The position numbers were made by a program, and so were the translations under genes. A stretch of 64,000 nt of DNA from contig CAKKNE010000003.1 in the NCBI GenBank assembly GCA_918797485.1, positions 3,596,001-3,660,000 of the forward strand. The letters run 5' to 3'. Positions 47,201 to 57,762 of this stretch are shown piece by piece. Numbering within the stretch: position 1 is the first letter of the stretch; each line of letters begins with the position of its first letter. The notes beneath the pieces are model-generated. The model did not search any database. It was not told the DNA's origin and saw only the letters and a program-made list of their open reading frames with translations. This DNA comes from Pelagomonas calceolata (lineage: Eukaryota).

Positions 47201-47622
47201 TTTCTACCGAACATGTCTACCCGAGGCAACATCGCCCGAGACCTTTACGCCTTATCTTGTATGATGCGCGGCCCGGGGGCTTGGGGGCGGCCGACGCCTT
47301 GTTCCGACGCTTCCACGCGGCGCTGGGCCAGGCGCGACGATTGCTGTCGGAGTGCCCTTGTCGCTTCAGTTCGGGATGCCCTGCGTGTCTGCATGTGCAT
47401 ACCTGTAGTGGCTACAACGCCAATCTCGATAGACGGGCGGCGCGGATTATTGTGGATGCCGTGCTGCAAGAGCTGCGGTCGATCTGTCAACCCGTCGTCG
47501 AGTCGCCGGCGCGGGCCGCGCGGCTGCGCGACGCCGCCGTTGGTTCTAGGTTGGGCGCGTCGGCGGCGGTCGCGGACGCGTGGGCGCCGTCGCTGCCGGA
47601 CTTTCGGCCGCCCGTCGAGTAG
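44254..47622 (+). CDS. HRQ1: Hrq1/MrfA-type DEAH helicase with C-terminal four-Cys Zn domain, 3 exons
   Basis: TGTASGKT, FPTKALAQDQ, VVDEAH, QQAGRAGR, CPC..GCPAC; introns 46218-46297 and 46653-46797. Confidence 0.9.
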
Positions 47623-47984
47623 TGTGTTGTTAAGATTGTGTCTTGATTTGTGTAGCCCGAATCGGATCACAAGGGCAGTCTGAGTTCAGCTCGGACTTCT
47701 GGTGCCACGGTCGTCCGGCGCGGACGGACAGGAGACCCGTCGGCGCGGCCCTCGCGGCTCCCGACTCACCGACAGGTAGAACGACAGGTGCGAGGGCTCT
47801 CGTGCCGATTTTGCTGGGTACGCGCCGCTTAGTCAGCGGCGCAGGGAATCCGGTCGAGGCGAGAGGTACGCACGACGCTAGTGCAACCGCTTATTTCGCC
47901 GTCAAAAACAGCTTAACGGAGCCTCAGCAAGCGCATTGTTCAGCACGCAAGGCAACTTTTATTACGCGAAAGCACCGGCTGCAA

Positions 47985-48470
47985 ATGAGAAATATCCTCC
48001 TCCTAGCATTGCTGCCGCTGAGCGACGCTTTGGCGGCGCCGGTCCTGCGCGCCGTCTCCTCCGTCACCTCGCCGCTCGCGCCCATCTTCGACAAGCTCGC
48101 ACGGGCATCGGCTGGTAATTACGACGTGCCGGCCGTGCGCGCGGCGATCCATCGGGAACGGCAGTCGGCCCCAGTCGTTATTTTTGGCTACGAGCTCTCG
48201 CCGTTTTGTGGACGGGCGCGCCAGATGCTGGAAGACGAGGGCGTGCACGAGAGCCAGATCAAAATCGTGTCCCTGGGCGCGGCGCCGTCGCTGCCGGGCC
48301 TCATCGCCGAACCTGCAATGGTCGCGGAACTGGCCAACATGTACGGCGCGGGCCTGCCCTGCTGCTTCGTCGACGGTGACAGTATAGGCGACTTTAAACA
48401 GCTCGCGGCGGCGGCCGACGACGGCTCACTTAAAAGGCGTCTGGACGCGGCCGGCGCGCTGGACCCGTAA
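47985..48470 (+). CDS. Glutaredoxin-like protein with signal peptide
   Basis: PVVIFG..SPFC, LPCCFVDGDSIG..GSLKRRL. Confidence 0.75.
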   Translation: MRNILLLALLPLSDALAAPVLRAVSSVTSPLAPIFDKLARASAGNYDVPAVRAAIHRERQSAPVVIFGYELSPFCGRARQMLEDEGVHESQIKIVSLGAAPSLPGLIAEPAMVAELANMYGAGLPCCFVDGDSIGDFKQLAAAADDGSLKRRLDAAGALDP

Positions 48471-48484
48471 CTATACACAATGTA

Positions 48485-49165
48485 TTACCAGGCGTCGGGC
48501 GCGTTCGGCGCGTCCCAGAAGTCCTCGAGGTCGTCTTCTTCGTCGAAGAGGTCCTCGTCGTCCAGCAAGTCGTCGGGCCCCTCGGGCGAGACGACCTCGC
48601 TCAAATCCACTTGTTCGGCGTTCTTCCAGATCTCGTCGATGTTGTAGAACTCGCGGGACGCCGGCGTCATGACGTTGACGATGACGTCGCCGAAGTCGAT
48701 GCAGGTCCACCCTCCATCGGCCCCGCCCTCGACGTGATTGGGCGTGCGATCGAAGAGCTCCTTCGCGTCGTCGACGACGGCCGCCGCGACGGCGTCGCAC
48801 TGCGGCCTGCTTCGACCGCAGGCCGCTATTACAAACGATGCTACATCTGTGAGGGGTGCGACGTGGAAGGCAGCAATCGACCTACCTTTTCTCTGGTCCG
48901 CGGCTCGCGCCAAAGCTTCGACGAAGGGCAGCAGCGGGTCCTCACTCACGGACGGGCGCTCCTTCGTGATCGCCGGCGCGTCGTATATACCCTTTAATAA
49001 ATCGCCGCGCTTCCCGCCTTGCCGCACTCGCCCTGCTCCCTTGGGCCTTTGTCGCGTTCCACTGTGCTTCTTGCTCGTTTGTAGTATAACGCGGGGGCGG
49101 CGCGGCGGCGGCGTCGGTTGTAATGCGGCGGCGGCCGCGAGCGCGGCGAGGAGGGAGCACCTCAT
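48485..49165 (-). CDS. Plastid-type ribosome silencing factor RsfS/Iojap
   Basis: GWTCIDFGDVIVNVMTPASREFYNIDEIW; signal/transit-like N-terminus. Confidence 0.9.
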   Translation of the reverse strand: MRCSLLAALAAAAALQPTPPPRRPRVILQTSKKHSGTRQRPKGAGRVRQGGKRGDLLKGIYDAPAITKERPSVSEDPLLPFVEALARAADQRKGRSIAAFHVAPLTDVASFVIAACGRSRPQCDAVAAAVVDDAKELFDRTPNHVEGGADGGWTCIDFGDVIVNVMTPASREFYNIDEIWKNAEQVDLSEVVSPEGPDDLLDDEDLFDEEDDLEDFWDAPNAPDAW

Positions 49166-49561
49166 CCTAGGCGGCCCGCTAGCGATACCGCGTCGCTGCG
49201 CTTGTTGTTGTAGCCGCTCGCAGGGATGAAAAGGTTACGTTAGCGGCGATGCAAGCCCGGTAAAGGCAGCAGCGCGCTCTGAACTGCAATGGGCCCCTGG
49301 GGGCTGATTCTAGTGTCTTACGCCCCGCTAGTGTGCTAGCGACGGGTACGAGCGACGGTTCGACTCAAGGCTCCCGCCCGGATCCGTCGCGTTGTCGTTT
49401 TGTCCCGTTTGTGCGGGCGCCGACCCCAAGAGGTACTAGGCTTTTGCCCGGAGAGCAAGTGGAGCAAGTGCCATTTCAAGCACGTACTAAGCCGTCGTAC
49501 AGCTGCCCATTTATTGCCACTGTCAGCCTTCGTAGGCAGCCCATCTATTGCAGCAGTGGTC

Positions 49562-50620
49562 ATGGCCGAGCTCGTCGTTGCGGTGCCGCCGCTGCTGAGA
49601 GCTGACCAAGCCGAGCAGAGATACAATGAGGCTGTTCAGGCCGCGGTGGAGAAATGCGCGGCGGACACGGCGGGCCGGACATGCTTTATTTGTATGGACG
49701 GCGCGGCTGCGGAGGGCCTCGTGCGCGGATGCGCCTGCCGAGGCGGGGCAGGATATGCGCACTTGTCGTGCTTGGCGCGGGGGGCGCAGGTCGCGGTCGA
49801 GCGCAGCGCCGATGGGCTAGGCTTTGAGCGGTGGCACAAGTGCGGCCTGTGCGAGCAACGGTACCACGGCGACGTGAAGTGCGCACTCGGGTGGGCGTGC
49901 TGGAAGACGTACGTGGGCCGGCCAGAGACGGACGAGGTTCGGGTCCACGCGATGGCGTTTCTTGGGAACGGTTTAAGCGCAGCAAAATACCACGACGAGG
50001 CGTTGTCCGTGAAAGAGGCCCTGTTGTCTACGTATCGGCGAGTTGGCGCACCAGAGGGCCACATGCTTGGCCAGATGGGCGAAATTGCGACTTCGTATCA
50101 TATGCTTGGACGGTTTGAAACTTCCAACCGGTTGTATCGAGATGTGTACTCCGGACGTTTGAGGCTCGACGGCGAAGGACATGAAGAGACCCTCCTAGCA
50201 GCCACCAACTACGCGACCGCCCTTCTTGCTCTAGGTCGCTACGAAGAAGGCAAGTCGCTGCTGCGCAAAACGATACCCGCGTCGCAACGCACTCTCGGCG
50301 AGAGTAATGAAATCACGCTCGGTCTGAGGTGCAATTACGCTCTGGCGCTCTACGAAGACCCCGACGCCACGCTCGACGATCTCAGCGAGGCCGTGACGAC
50401 GCTCGAGGACGCAAGACGGATCGCACGACGCGTGTTCGGTGGCACGCATCCGCACACAACGGGGATTGATGGAGCCCTACAAAACGCGCGCGCAGCCCTC
50501 CGTGCACTCTCGTCGAAAGCAACCGAAGATGCTTGTAGTAGATTAAGGGAGGAAATCGCGCGGCTCAAGGCCGAGAACGCCGAACTCCAAGAACGCCGCA
50601 CTCGACGCCGTCTCGGATAA
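49562..50620 (+). CDS. RING-CH + TPR-like family member without MYND, coiled-coil tail
   Basis: CFIC..GLVRGCACRGGAGYAHLSCL; ALGWACWKTYVGRPE. Confidence 0.88.
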   Translation: MAELVVAVPPLLRADQAEQRYNEAVQAAVEKCAADTAGRTCFICMDGAAAEGLVRGCACRGGAGYAHLSCLARGAQVAVERSADGLGFERWHKCGLCEQRYHGDVKCALGWACWKTYVGRPETDEVRVHAMAFLGNGLSAAKYHDEALSVKEALLSTYRRVGAPEGHMLGQMGEIATSYHMLGRFETSNRLYRDVYSGRLRLDGEGHEETLLAATNYATALLALGRYEEGKSLLRKTIPASQRTLGESNEITLGLRCNYALALYEDPDATLDDLSEAVTTLEDARRIARRVFGGTHPHTTGIDGALQNARAALRALSSKATEDACSRLREEIARLKAENAELQERRTRRRLG

Positions 50621-50637
50621 ATAACAACACCTCTTAG

Positions 50638-51882
50638 TTAGTCCCCGCCCGCGACCTCGGGATTCCCGGCGCCCAGCGCCTGACTCGCGCGCCGCAGCTC
50701 GCCCTCCGCCGCCTCGAGCGCCGCCGCGGCGCCGTCGTCGTCCTCCTCCTCGAGCGTTGGAGACCGCGGCGACGTGGGAAATGTGGAAGAGTACCACTCC
50801 TGGAAGGCGCCGTCGTCGCCCGAGACGTGACTCGTCGCCCACATCTTGCGCCAGGCCTTCTCGTGGGCCTTGGACCCCGGCGTCGCGCTGAGCAGGCCGA
50901 GGCGGTCGCTCGCCACCGTATCTGTTGGTGCTGTTGAGAGTGATCGCCGCACCGCGGGACTCGGCGTTTCCGTGGCGCTCCGTCGTCGTCTCCGCGCGCC
51001 CCAGTCTCGAGCCTTTGGCACGATGGGCGTGGGCGACACCTCCCGCGGCCTGGCAGGTGGCTCCACTCGCAGGCGGCGGTGGTCCCTTAGGACCACTAAC
51101 CCGAGCACGAGCGCCTGCAAAGCGGCCACCGCCGCCCAGACATACGACGGATGCGAAGAAGGAGGTTCCTTCGGTGACGGCAGCGCTCTAACATCAAACA
51201 CAGACGTGTTCTGGTGTTGACCATCGTCAAAGAGCACGTCGACGAATTTCCCAGAGACAGACCGCGCGACGCCGCGCTGGAACGTGCCATCCCTTCGAGC
51301 CATCACTCGCGAACCTTCCGTGACCTGAATACCAGTAGGCTTCGCCGGTGTGGACGACGCGAAGCCGCGAGCGACGGCCTCGCGACAGATCGTCGCGGAG
51401 ATCATGTCGCATTCAGGCTCCGGGATATCTCGCTTCCGACACCACTCCTTGGCTACTTCACGAGCGGTCTCGCCCTTCCGAATAGGCACAGGAGCATAAT
51501 TCTGCGCAACAATCAGCTCGAAAGAACTTGTCACGACGTCATCTACACATATGGACCATAACCTCAAATCCCGTCTGTTGGCCGCATCTAATTTCATCTC
51601 GCGGGCGAGCTCCCGGACCGCGTGGGCGTCGGCGCCCGTCAAGCCCCGCTTCGCGGCGAAGCTCCGGGCGACTTCCTCGTGGTTGTCGTCCCACGCGACC
51701 TCGAGGATCTGGTCCGCGTGGCCGTCCTGGAGCAGTCTGACGGCGCGTTTATAGTCGCGCGTCGTGTAGGCGTTCTCGAGGGCTTCTCGGACGAATTGCG
51801 CTAGGTTCTCGGGCGGCGCCGCGGGCGCCTCGTTGGCTCCGGCCGCCAGGGCGCAGGCGAGGAGCAGGAGCGGGCGCCGCAT
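50638..51882 (-). CDS. Hypothetical single-pass membrane protein with signal peptide
   Basis: Hydrophobic N-terminus; TM YVWAAVAALQALVLGLVVL. Confidence 0.7.
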   Translation of the reverse strand: MRRPLLLLACALAAGANEAPAAPPENLAQFVREALENAYTTRDYKRAVRLLQDGHADQILEVAWDDNHEEVARSFAAKRGLTGADAHAVRELAREMKLDAANRRDLRLWSICVDDVVTSSFELIVAQNYAPVPIRKGETAREVAKEWCRKRDIPEPECDMISATICREAVARGFASSTPAKPTGIQVTEGSRVMARRDGTFQRGVARSVSGKFVDVLFDDGQHQNTSVFDVRALPSPKEPPSSHPSYVWAAVAALQALVLGLVVLRDHRRLRVEPPARPREVSPTPIVPKARDWGARRRRRSATETPSPAVRRSLSTAPTDTVASDRLGLLSATPGSKAHEKAWRKMWATSHVSGDDGAFQEWYSSTFPTSPRSPTLEEEDDDGAAAALEAAEGELRRASQALGAGNPEVAGGD

Positions 51883-52315
51883 GGCTCTCGAGGGTTGTCT
51901 GGCAGCCTTTGGAAGATTCCTCCACCGCTACGCCCACTGGGACCAAAAGGAGCGGTTTTGCCTGGGGAGCTTCCCGCGGCACGGTGCGCGCGCCGCTTGC
52001 AACCAGGCAGTGGCAACGGGCCTCGAGGCGACTCCTGCGCTGCGACAATAAGCTGAGACGCGTTGTCGGCGGCACACAGCCTCGTTTTTGCTCGTCGGAT
52101 TTTTGGCTTGCTAGTGCCTTACACGCCGCTAGCACGACGAGTCAAGGTCTGGCTGATACAAGCCGCTGAAATCATTAGAATTGGGTTTTGGCAGTGTTTT
52201 GTGCTCTTTCGGTCCTCATCCATCGGTCTCCAGCGGCGCAACACGTGTAACCTAGCCTCTCTGGTCAGCATCACTGCAGCAGTCTCGGAGCCTCACCAGC
52301 ACACGCGGTGCGCCT

Positions 52316-52495
52316 ATGGACCAGCGCTTCCCCGAGTGCAAAGACCTGCACGCACTCTACCGCAAGTGCTTCGCCCAACAACCGTTCCGCTGGGGCCAGG
52401 CCACGGGCACCACAGAGGACAAGTGCGAGGACGCCTACGAGGCGTTTCGGGAGTGCGTCGAGAACTCGCTCGAAAAACAAAAAGACAAGAAATGA
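52316..52495 (+). CDS. 59-aa twin Cx9C protein (Mdm35/TRIAP1-like), absent from ORF track
   Basis: MDQRFPECKDLHALYRKCFAQQPFRWGQATGTTEDKCEDAYEAFRECVENSLEKQKDKK*. Confidence 0.75.
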   Translation: MDQRFPECKDLHALYRKCFAQQPFRWGQATGTTEDKCEDAYEAFRECVENSLEKQKDKK

Positions 52496-53049
52496 TCGCT
52501 CCGGTCCTGTTGTTCATAGGCCTCCGCTATTCAGAAAGACGGCGACACGTCCTAAAGGCGTCGGAGGACGTCCTGCTCCTGGAAGCTGGAATAGAGGACC
52601 TGGGCGAGGCGTCCGTGCTGTTAGTGACGTCGTTTTTCGGCGAAAGAAACCCGTCCTTTCTAGCCGTGGCGGCCCATCGGGAGCACCGTAGACTAAGAGA
52701 GCACCACGGCGGCGACAAACACATCCAGCTCATCGCGCGCTCGCCGGCAGGCGATGCTGTGGGGTATGTGGATTGTGACGGGCGGCCGTCGAAGTCGCCG
52801 GGACGGCCTCGACCATATGTCTCTGACTTAGCTGTGCGGGAGGATTATCGGCGCCGAGGCCTGGCGACGTGCTTAGTCCAGAAATGCGAATCTATTGTTA
52901 AAGCCTGGGCCTTCGACCGCGTCTTCCTGAAGGTCGAGGCGTCGAACGAAGCTGCTCGCAAAATGTACGGCGAGCTGGGCTACGAGGTCGTGGCCATGGA
53001 CGGCGCGCCGTCAAAACAAATCTGTACCATTAAGAAGTCCCTACTCTGA
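52492..53049 (+). CDS. GNAT N-acetyltransferase
   Basis: YVSDLAVREDYRRRGLA, LKVEASNEAARKMYGELGY; start uncertain. Confidence 0.8.
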   Translation: MIAPVLLFIGLRYSERRRHVLKASEDVLLLEAGIEDLGEASVLLVTSFFGERNPSFLAVAAHREHRRLREHHGGDKHIQLIARSPAGDAVGYVDCDGRPSKSPGRPRPYVSDLAVREDYRRRGLATCLVQKCESIVKAWAFDRVFLKVEASNEAARKMYGELGYEVVAMDGAPSKQICTIKKSLL

Positions 53050-53130
53050 GCTTGCCTACTAGACTCGCGTCGAAGGCGTACGCCGTCGACGCGAGTTAGT
53101 CGGGATAAACACACACACGTTAGATCAGTA

Positions 53131-53694
53131 CTACGTCGTACTCAGCTTCTTGTAGGCCGGCCGCGATCGGAAGCACTCGCAGCAGTCGTCGTCGGACGAG
53201 TCCGAGTCCGATTCAGATGATGATTCAGATGAAGACGACTCGGAGTACCGGGCCGCGCGCTTCGACGCCTTGCCCGTCGAGGGTTTCGGTATGGGCTGCG
53301 CCGCGACGGGTGTTGGTGCCGCCGGCAGCTCGTGCTCCCAGACGGAGTTGCCGTTTGCATCGTAGCGGTAGGCGTAGCCGCTGGCCGGGTCGACGGCGCG
53401 CGTCCAAAGATGGGGGTCGGCGGGCGGCGGCGGCGCGCGCGGCGGCGGCGGCGCGGCGCGCGGCGGCGGCGCCGTGTCGAGCCAGACGCTCCGCTGGTCG
53501 CTCGGCAGCACGCGCGCCGCGAAATCATCGCCGAGGCGCAGCTGGCTCGCGTCGAACGGCGGCGGCGCGGGCCGCGCTTTACTGGCGCTCCGTTGCAGTT
53601 CCCGCTCCAATGCTTTCACTAGATTCGGGTCCTCACCGAGCGCCGCGATTTGCTCTTTGTGCGAGGCGAGCCAGGCGAGCTCCTGCTCCGCCAT
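53131..53694 (-). CDS. WW-domain-like Pro-rich protein
   Basis: WTRAVDPASGYAYRY..GNSVWE. Confidence 0.65.
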   Translation of the reverse strand: MAEQELAWLASHKEQIAALGEDPNLVKALERELQRSASKARPAPPPFDASQLRLGDDFAARVLPSDQRSVWLDTAPPPRAAPPPPRAPPPPADPHLWTRAVDPASGYAYRYDANGNSVWEHELPAAPTPVAAQPIPKPSTGKASKRAARYSESSSSESSSESDSDSSDDDCCECFRSRPAYKKLSTT

Positions 53695-54139
53695 GCCGCG
53701 TTCAGGGAGGTCGCTGCGCTTTCTAGCTCACACCTCGAGATGATTGCTCGCTCCAGCAGCGTCGGGCAGCCCAAAGCGCTCCGGTGCCGTGAGAGCTCGT
53801 CGTCACGGTTCTGTTTCGAGGCGTGCTGCCCCACCGGGCTGCCTCGTGCGGTCAGATAGGCGCAAAATGGCTCACAAAATCGATCGAGAGGTGATAGTAC
53901 CCGCACGTTTAGCTCGAGCTTCCGCGTTCTATGCGTCGGCGGCACGCCCCCGGAAGCCTCGAGTTCACCGCTCCTGCGCGCGCCGATGGGTGAGCACCCG
54001 AACCCCATTTGATTGCCGACTTTGGCTCGTCAAAAGCTGTGCCGCGGCCGCCCAAACGCGCAGCCCCGGCCCCGCCCCGCCGCCCCGCGCCGCGCCCCGC
54101 GCGCTCCACGCCAGCCCACGCGCCGCGCGCCGCAGCCCC

Positions 54140-54673
54140 ATGGCCGACGCCGCCCCTACCGCCGAAGACATGGCCGCGGCCGCCGCCGCTCTTGGAGCGG
54201 TCGGCGCCGTGGGAACGAAGCGGCCCCGCTCGCCCCTCGACGACGAGGAGGAAGAGGAGGACGACGAGAGCGTCGAGGGGCCGTCCCTCTCCGAACTGGA
54301 GGCCGCGGCCGACAGTGCGATGTACAGCGAGCAAACTAAAATCTGCCAGGCCGTCAAGGTCGAAAGCGGGGCACCGGTCATCTATCCCTACCACCGCGTG
54401 AGACGTATCATGAAGGCGGAAGACCAGGTGCAGGCGCTACTTGAAAAACGGCAGCCGCTCGCATTGGGGCGGGAAGCGCCTAGAGTGATGGCGAAAGCTT
54501 GCGAGTTGTTTACGCGGTCGCTATCGGCGAGAGCCTGGGCCGGCGCGCATAGAAAAGGCCGGAAGTGTTTGAGGAGGCGCGACGTCGGGAACGCGATCGT
54601 CCGGCACTCGGAGTTCGACTTCCTGATCGACGTGCGGCCGACGGCCGAGGACGGGGCGCAGGACATCGCCTAA
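54140..54673 (+). CDS. NF-YC-like histone-fold protein
   Basis: P..RVRRIMK, EAPRVMAKACELF..L..RAW, FDFLID. Confidence 0.85.
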   Translation: MADAAPTAEDMAAAAAALGAVGAVGTKRPRSPLDDEEEEEDDESVEGPSLSELEAAADSAMYSEQTKICQAVKVESGAPVIYPYHRVRRIMKAEDQVQALLEKRQPLALGREAPRVMAKACELFTRSLSARAWAGAHRKGRKCLRRRDVGNAIVRHSEFDFLIDVRPTAEDGAQDIA

Positions 54674-54811
54674 GGAGGGGTTGTTTTCTGTTTGGGGAGG
54701 GGGCGCGGCGGAGGCTAGCGGCAGTAAGGCACTAGCCTTAGCCCGAGGCTTAACTTGAGCAGGCATTTTGCATCCGTAGGGCTGCCCCCGAGCGATCTGA
54801 CCACATGCAAG

Positions 54812-55984
54812 ATGATCCTCACGCAGTGCGCCGTCTGCGCTGCCCCACTGGGTTTATCATTGGGCAAGAAATGCGGCCGCTGCAGCACGCGCTACTGTGG
54901 GCCTGAATGCCAGGTGCAGCACTGGAAAGAGGGCGGTCATGACCAGCTCTGCAAACCAATGAAAAAGGCAGGCGGCGCCGAGCAATACAACGCAAATAAG
55001 AAGTACACGGAGGCCGTGACGGTCGCGGCGGAGGCGTGCGCGGAGGACACCAAGGGCCAGACGTGCTACATCTGCACGCAAGCCGTCCACTGGAAAACGA
55101 AGGAGGGTCTCGTGCGCGGTTGCTCGTGCCGCGGCACGGCGGGCTTTGCGCACGTGTCGTGCTTGGCGGAGGAGGCGAAGGTTTTGATGGACGAGGCCGA
55201 GGAGAACAATTTGGGCTACGATGCAATGACTGAGAGGTGGAGGCGGAGGTACAAATGCAGCCTTTGCGAGCAAGACTACCACGGCGTCGTGGCCTGCGCG
55301 CTCGGGTGGGCGTGCTGGAAGACGTACGTGGGGCGGCCGGAGACGGCCGAGCTTCGGAGCTTTGCGATGAAGCTGCTTGGGCTCGGTTTATGCGCTGCAA
55401 AGCACTACGCGGACGCGTTGTCCGTGCAAGAGGCTCATTTGTCTTTGCTGCGGCGTATTGGCGCGCCAGAAGACAGCATTCTCGGCATGCAGACCAATCT
55501 TTCGAGTACGTATGGCCAGCTTGGACGGGATGAAGAGGCCCTGTCGATGAAACGAGACGTATACTCCGGACATTTGAAGCTTTACGGCGCCCAAAATAGA
55601 CACACCTTCATACCAGCCAACAACTACGCGACGTCCCTTATTAGTCTCGAGCGCTTCGAAGAAGCCAAGGTGTTGCTGCGCAAAACGATGCCCGTGGCGC
55701 GGCGCGTTCTCGGGGAGGGTTGTGAGGCCACGCTCATAATAAGGCTGAATTACGCGAAGGCGTTCTACAGGGACACCGGCGCCACGCACGATGATCTCCG
55801 TGAAGCCGTGACCACGCTCGAGGAGCTAGAAACGACCGCGCGACGAGTGCTCGGAGGATCATATCCGACCACAGTGACGATCGAGGCGTCACTGCAAGAC
55901 GCGCGCGCAGCCCTCCGCGCCCGCGAGGCGCCCGAAGTCCTCCAAACGGCCGACGACCTCGCCGCCCATTTTGATAGCTTGTAA
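54812..55984 (+). CDS. MYND + RING-CH + TPR-like family member
   Basis: MILTQCAVCA.. start; full family architecture. Confidence 0.9.
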   Translation: MILTQCAVCAAPLGLSLGKKCGRCSTRYCGPECQVQHWKEGGHDQLCKPMKKAGGAEQYNANKKYTEAVTVAAEACAEDTKGQTCYICTQAVHWKTKEGLVRGCSCRGTAGFAHVSCLAEEAKVLMDEAEENNLGYDAMTERWRRRYKCSLCEQDYHGVVACALGWACWKTYVGRPETAELRSFAMKLLGLGLCAAKHYADALSVQEAHLSLLRRIGAPEDSILGMQTNLSSTYGQLGRDEEALSMKRDVYSGHLKLYGAQNRHTFIPANNYATSLISLERFEEAKVLLRKTMPVARRVLGEGCEATLIIRLNYAKAFYRDTGATHDDLREAVTTLEELETTARRVLGGSYPTTVTIEASLQDARAALRAREAPEVLQTADDLAAHFDSL

Positions 55985-56007
55985 GGTGATAGTAGTAAAA
56001 ATTGCAC

Positions 56008-57390
56008 TTACTCCACGGCCACCGTGATCTGGCACGGCGTGTCGAAGCAGGTGGGGAGCGACGCGTCGTCCGCGCGGAACGTGTAGTGCACATGCTGGCC
56101 CTCGACGCGCAGGTAGCGCCGCACGGAATCCGACGTGTTGCGCCCGTCGACGTGGGCCACGGCCGGTAGCGCCGCCCACGCGTTAAGCGCGCCGTCGCGC
56201 ACCAGGCGCTCGACGTACGTGTCGACGGGCCGCGCGACCGGAAGGGCACTTTGTGTTAATTTCTGCGCACCCGCCCAGGAGATCAAGGCGCCGCCGATGG
56301 ATGCGTGGGCGCAGCCGCCGTGCAGTTTTGAGACGACCTCACCTTTCTCATACAACTCGCGCGCAGCAGCAACACATCTTTCGGAGATGAACGGTCGCGT
56401 CGTCTCGACGCCGACGTGCGCGTGCCCCGGCACGCCCACGTCCAGCGCCACCAGGTCCCATTCTTCCCCATCTAGCGCTATGAGCACATTTCTCAGAATA
56501 CTTTTGATATCCTCTGATAACACGACGTCGTCTTCAAGCACGAGAGCGTAGGGCAGCCCCCCTTCGACAATGTCGTGCCACGCCGTTAAATGACTGAGCC
56601 AGATCCCTACCTCGCCCTGGCTGAGCACGGAACCTTCTCTGAGGGTTGCTCGCGTCACTCGCGGGGATAACAAGGACCCATCAACACCAGAAATCCACCT
56701 GGCTTGGTCCAATAGTGATGCCCGTTGCAATTGAGCGCGGACGTGCTGCCTCCTCCCGAACGACGACGCCAGATTCAGCACGAAGGTCGGCAGTTCATTT
56801 CTTTCTAGCGCGGTCCGGTACACCCCATGGAATAATGACGTGACTGGTGCCTCAATTGTCATGAGAGATACGGAACGTTCGGAGCCGGGCAGCGTCCTCA
56901 GCACACCAAAAGCTTCGCTTTGTAGGGATCGCTGCCCCGCGCGGACCCGCAGTTGCGCGGCAACGCCTTCAGCCAATGAAACGCGACTAGCGTTGATATC
57001 TAAGATCAAAGAGGCCTCCTCGACGAGTCGTTCCGAGGCCTCTTCCGCGCTCTCGGCGCCGCGCCACTCGACCAACAAACTCCTATCAGAGACGCGGACG
57101 GCGACGGCCGCATGCAACGTGTCAGTCTTCGCGGCGACTTGTTCCAATTCCTGGGCGATGGGCTGCTGAGCGCAGTTCTGCACCGCTCTCCTGTACTCGC
57201 CCCTGAACGCCGCGACGCCGCCGATACCTAGAGAAGCCAGAAACGCAGCATATGAGGATGACGCTCCCAGGTCGGCGAAGCGGGGCACGGCGACGGCGAC
57301 GCCCTCGAAGGTCGCGCTCACGAAGGCGTCGGCCTCTTTTTCAGGTAAGGGGATGGCCACGGCCGCCGCCACGAGCAGCAAGTATCTCAT
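56008..57390 (-). CDS. GT25-family glycosyltransferase
   Basis: FVLNL..RR, GVDG, GEVGIWLSH..AW, ALVLEDD, PVDTY. Confidence 0.85.
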   Translation of the reverse strand: MRYLLLVAAAVAIPLPEKEADAFVSATFEGVAVAVPRFADLGASSSYAAFLASLGIGGVAAFRGEYRRAVQNCAQQPIAQELEQVAAKTDTLHAAVAVRVSDRSLLVEWRGAESAEEASERLVEEASLILDINASRVSLAEGVAAQLRVRAGQRSLQSEAFGVLRTLPGSERSVSLMTIEAPVTSLFHGVYRTALERNELPTFVLNLASSFGRRQHVRAQLQRASLLDQARWISGVDGSLLSPRVTRATLREGSVLSQGEVGIWLSHLTAWHDIVEGGLPYALVLEDDVVLSEDIKSILRNVLIALDGEEWDLVALDVGVPGHAHVGVETTRPFISERCVAAARELYEKGEVVSKLHGGCAHASIGGALISWAGAQKLTQSALPVARPVDTYVERLVRDGALNAWAALPAVAHVDGRNTSDSVRRYLRVEGQHVHYTFRADDASLPTCFDTPCQITVAVE

Positions 57391-57762
57391 GCCGTCGTAC
57401 TGGGCGAGAAGAGCCAGTAGAGCGTCGCGAGCGTGCTGCCGAGCGTCATGCACACACAGAGCAAAAAGCAAATGCTGTCGGCGCGCAGCAGGCGGTCGAC
57501 GAGCGGCGGCGGGCGCGCCACGCCGAGGGATTCGCCGGGCCAGCGCGCCCGGGCCATGGCTGCGGCTTGTCGACGTGTATGCGTTTGTTCTTTGGACGGT
57601 CACAACGACCCGGATGCTGCCGCGACCGCTGCGTGCGTCCAAATCGATCACGACGCTGCAGCGCTGCCGGCTAGCGTCTGTAAGGCACTAGCCTTGCTCG
57701 AGGCTTTTTTGCAAGCATTTCGCATCGTAGGGCTGCCCCGGGGCGATTTGACCACATAGAAG

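Noticed and set aside
57600..57640. Possible displaced aminotransferase tail upstream of the 57763 copy
   Set aside because: Only a short GC-rich resemblance to 58944-58975; not distinguishable from chance.
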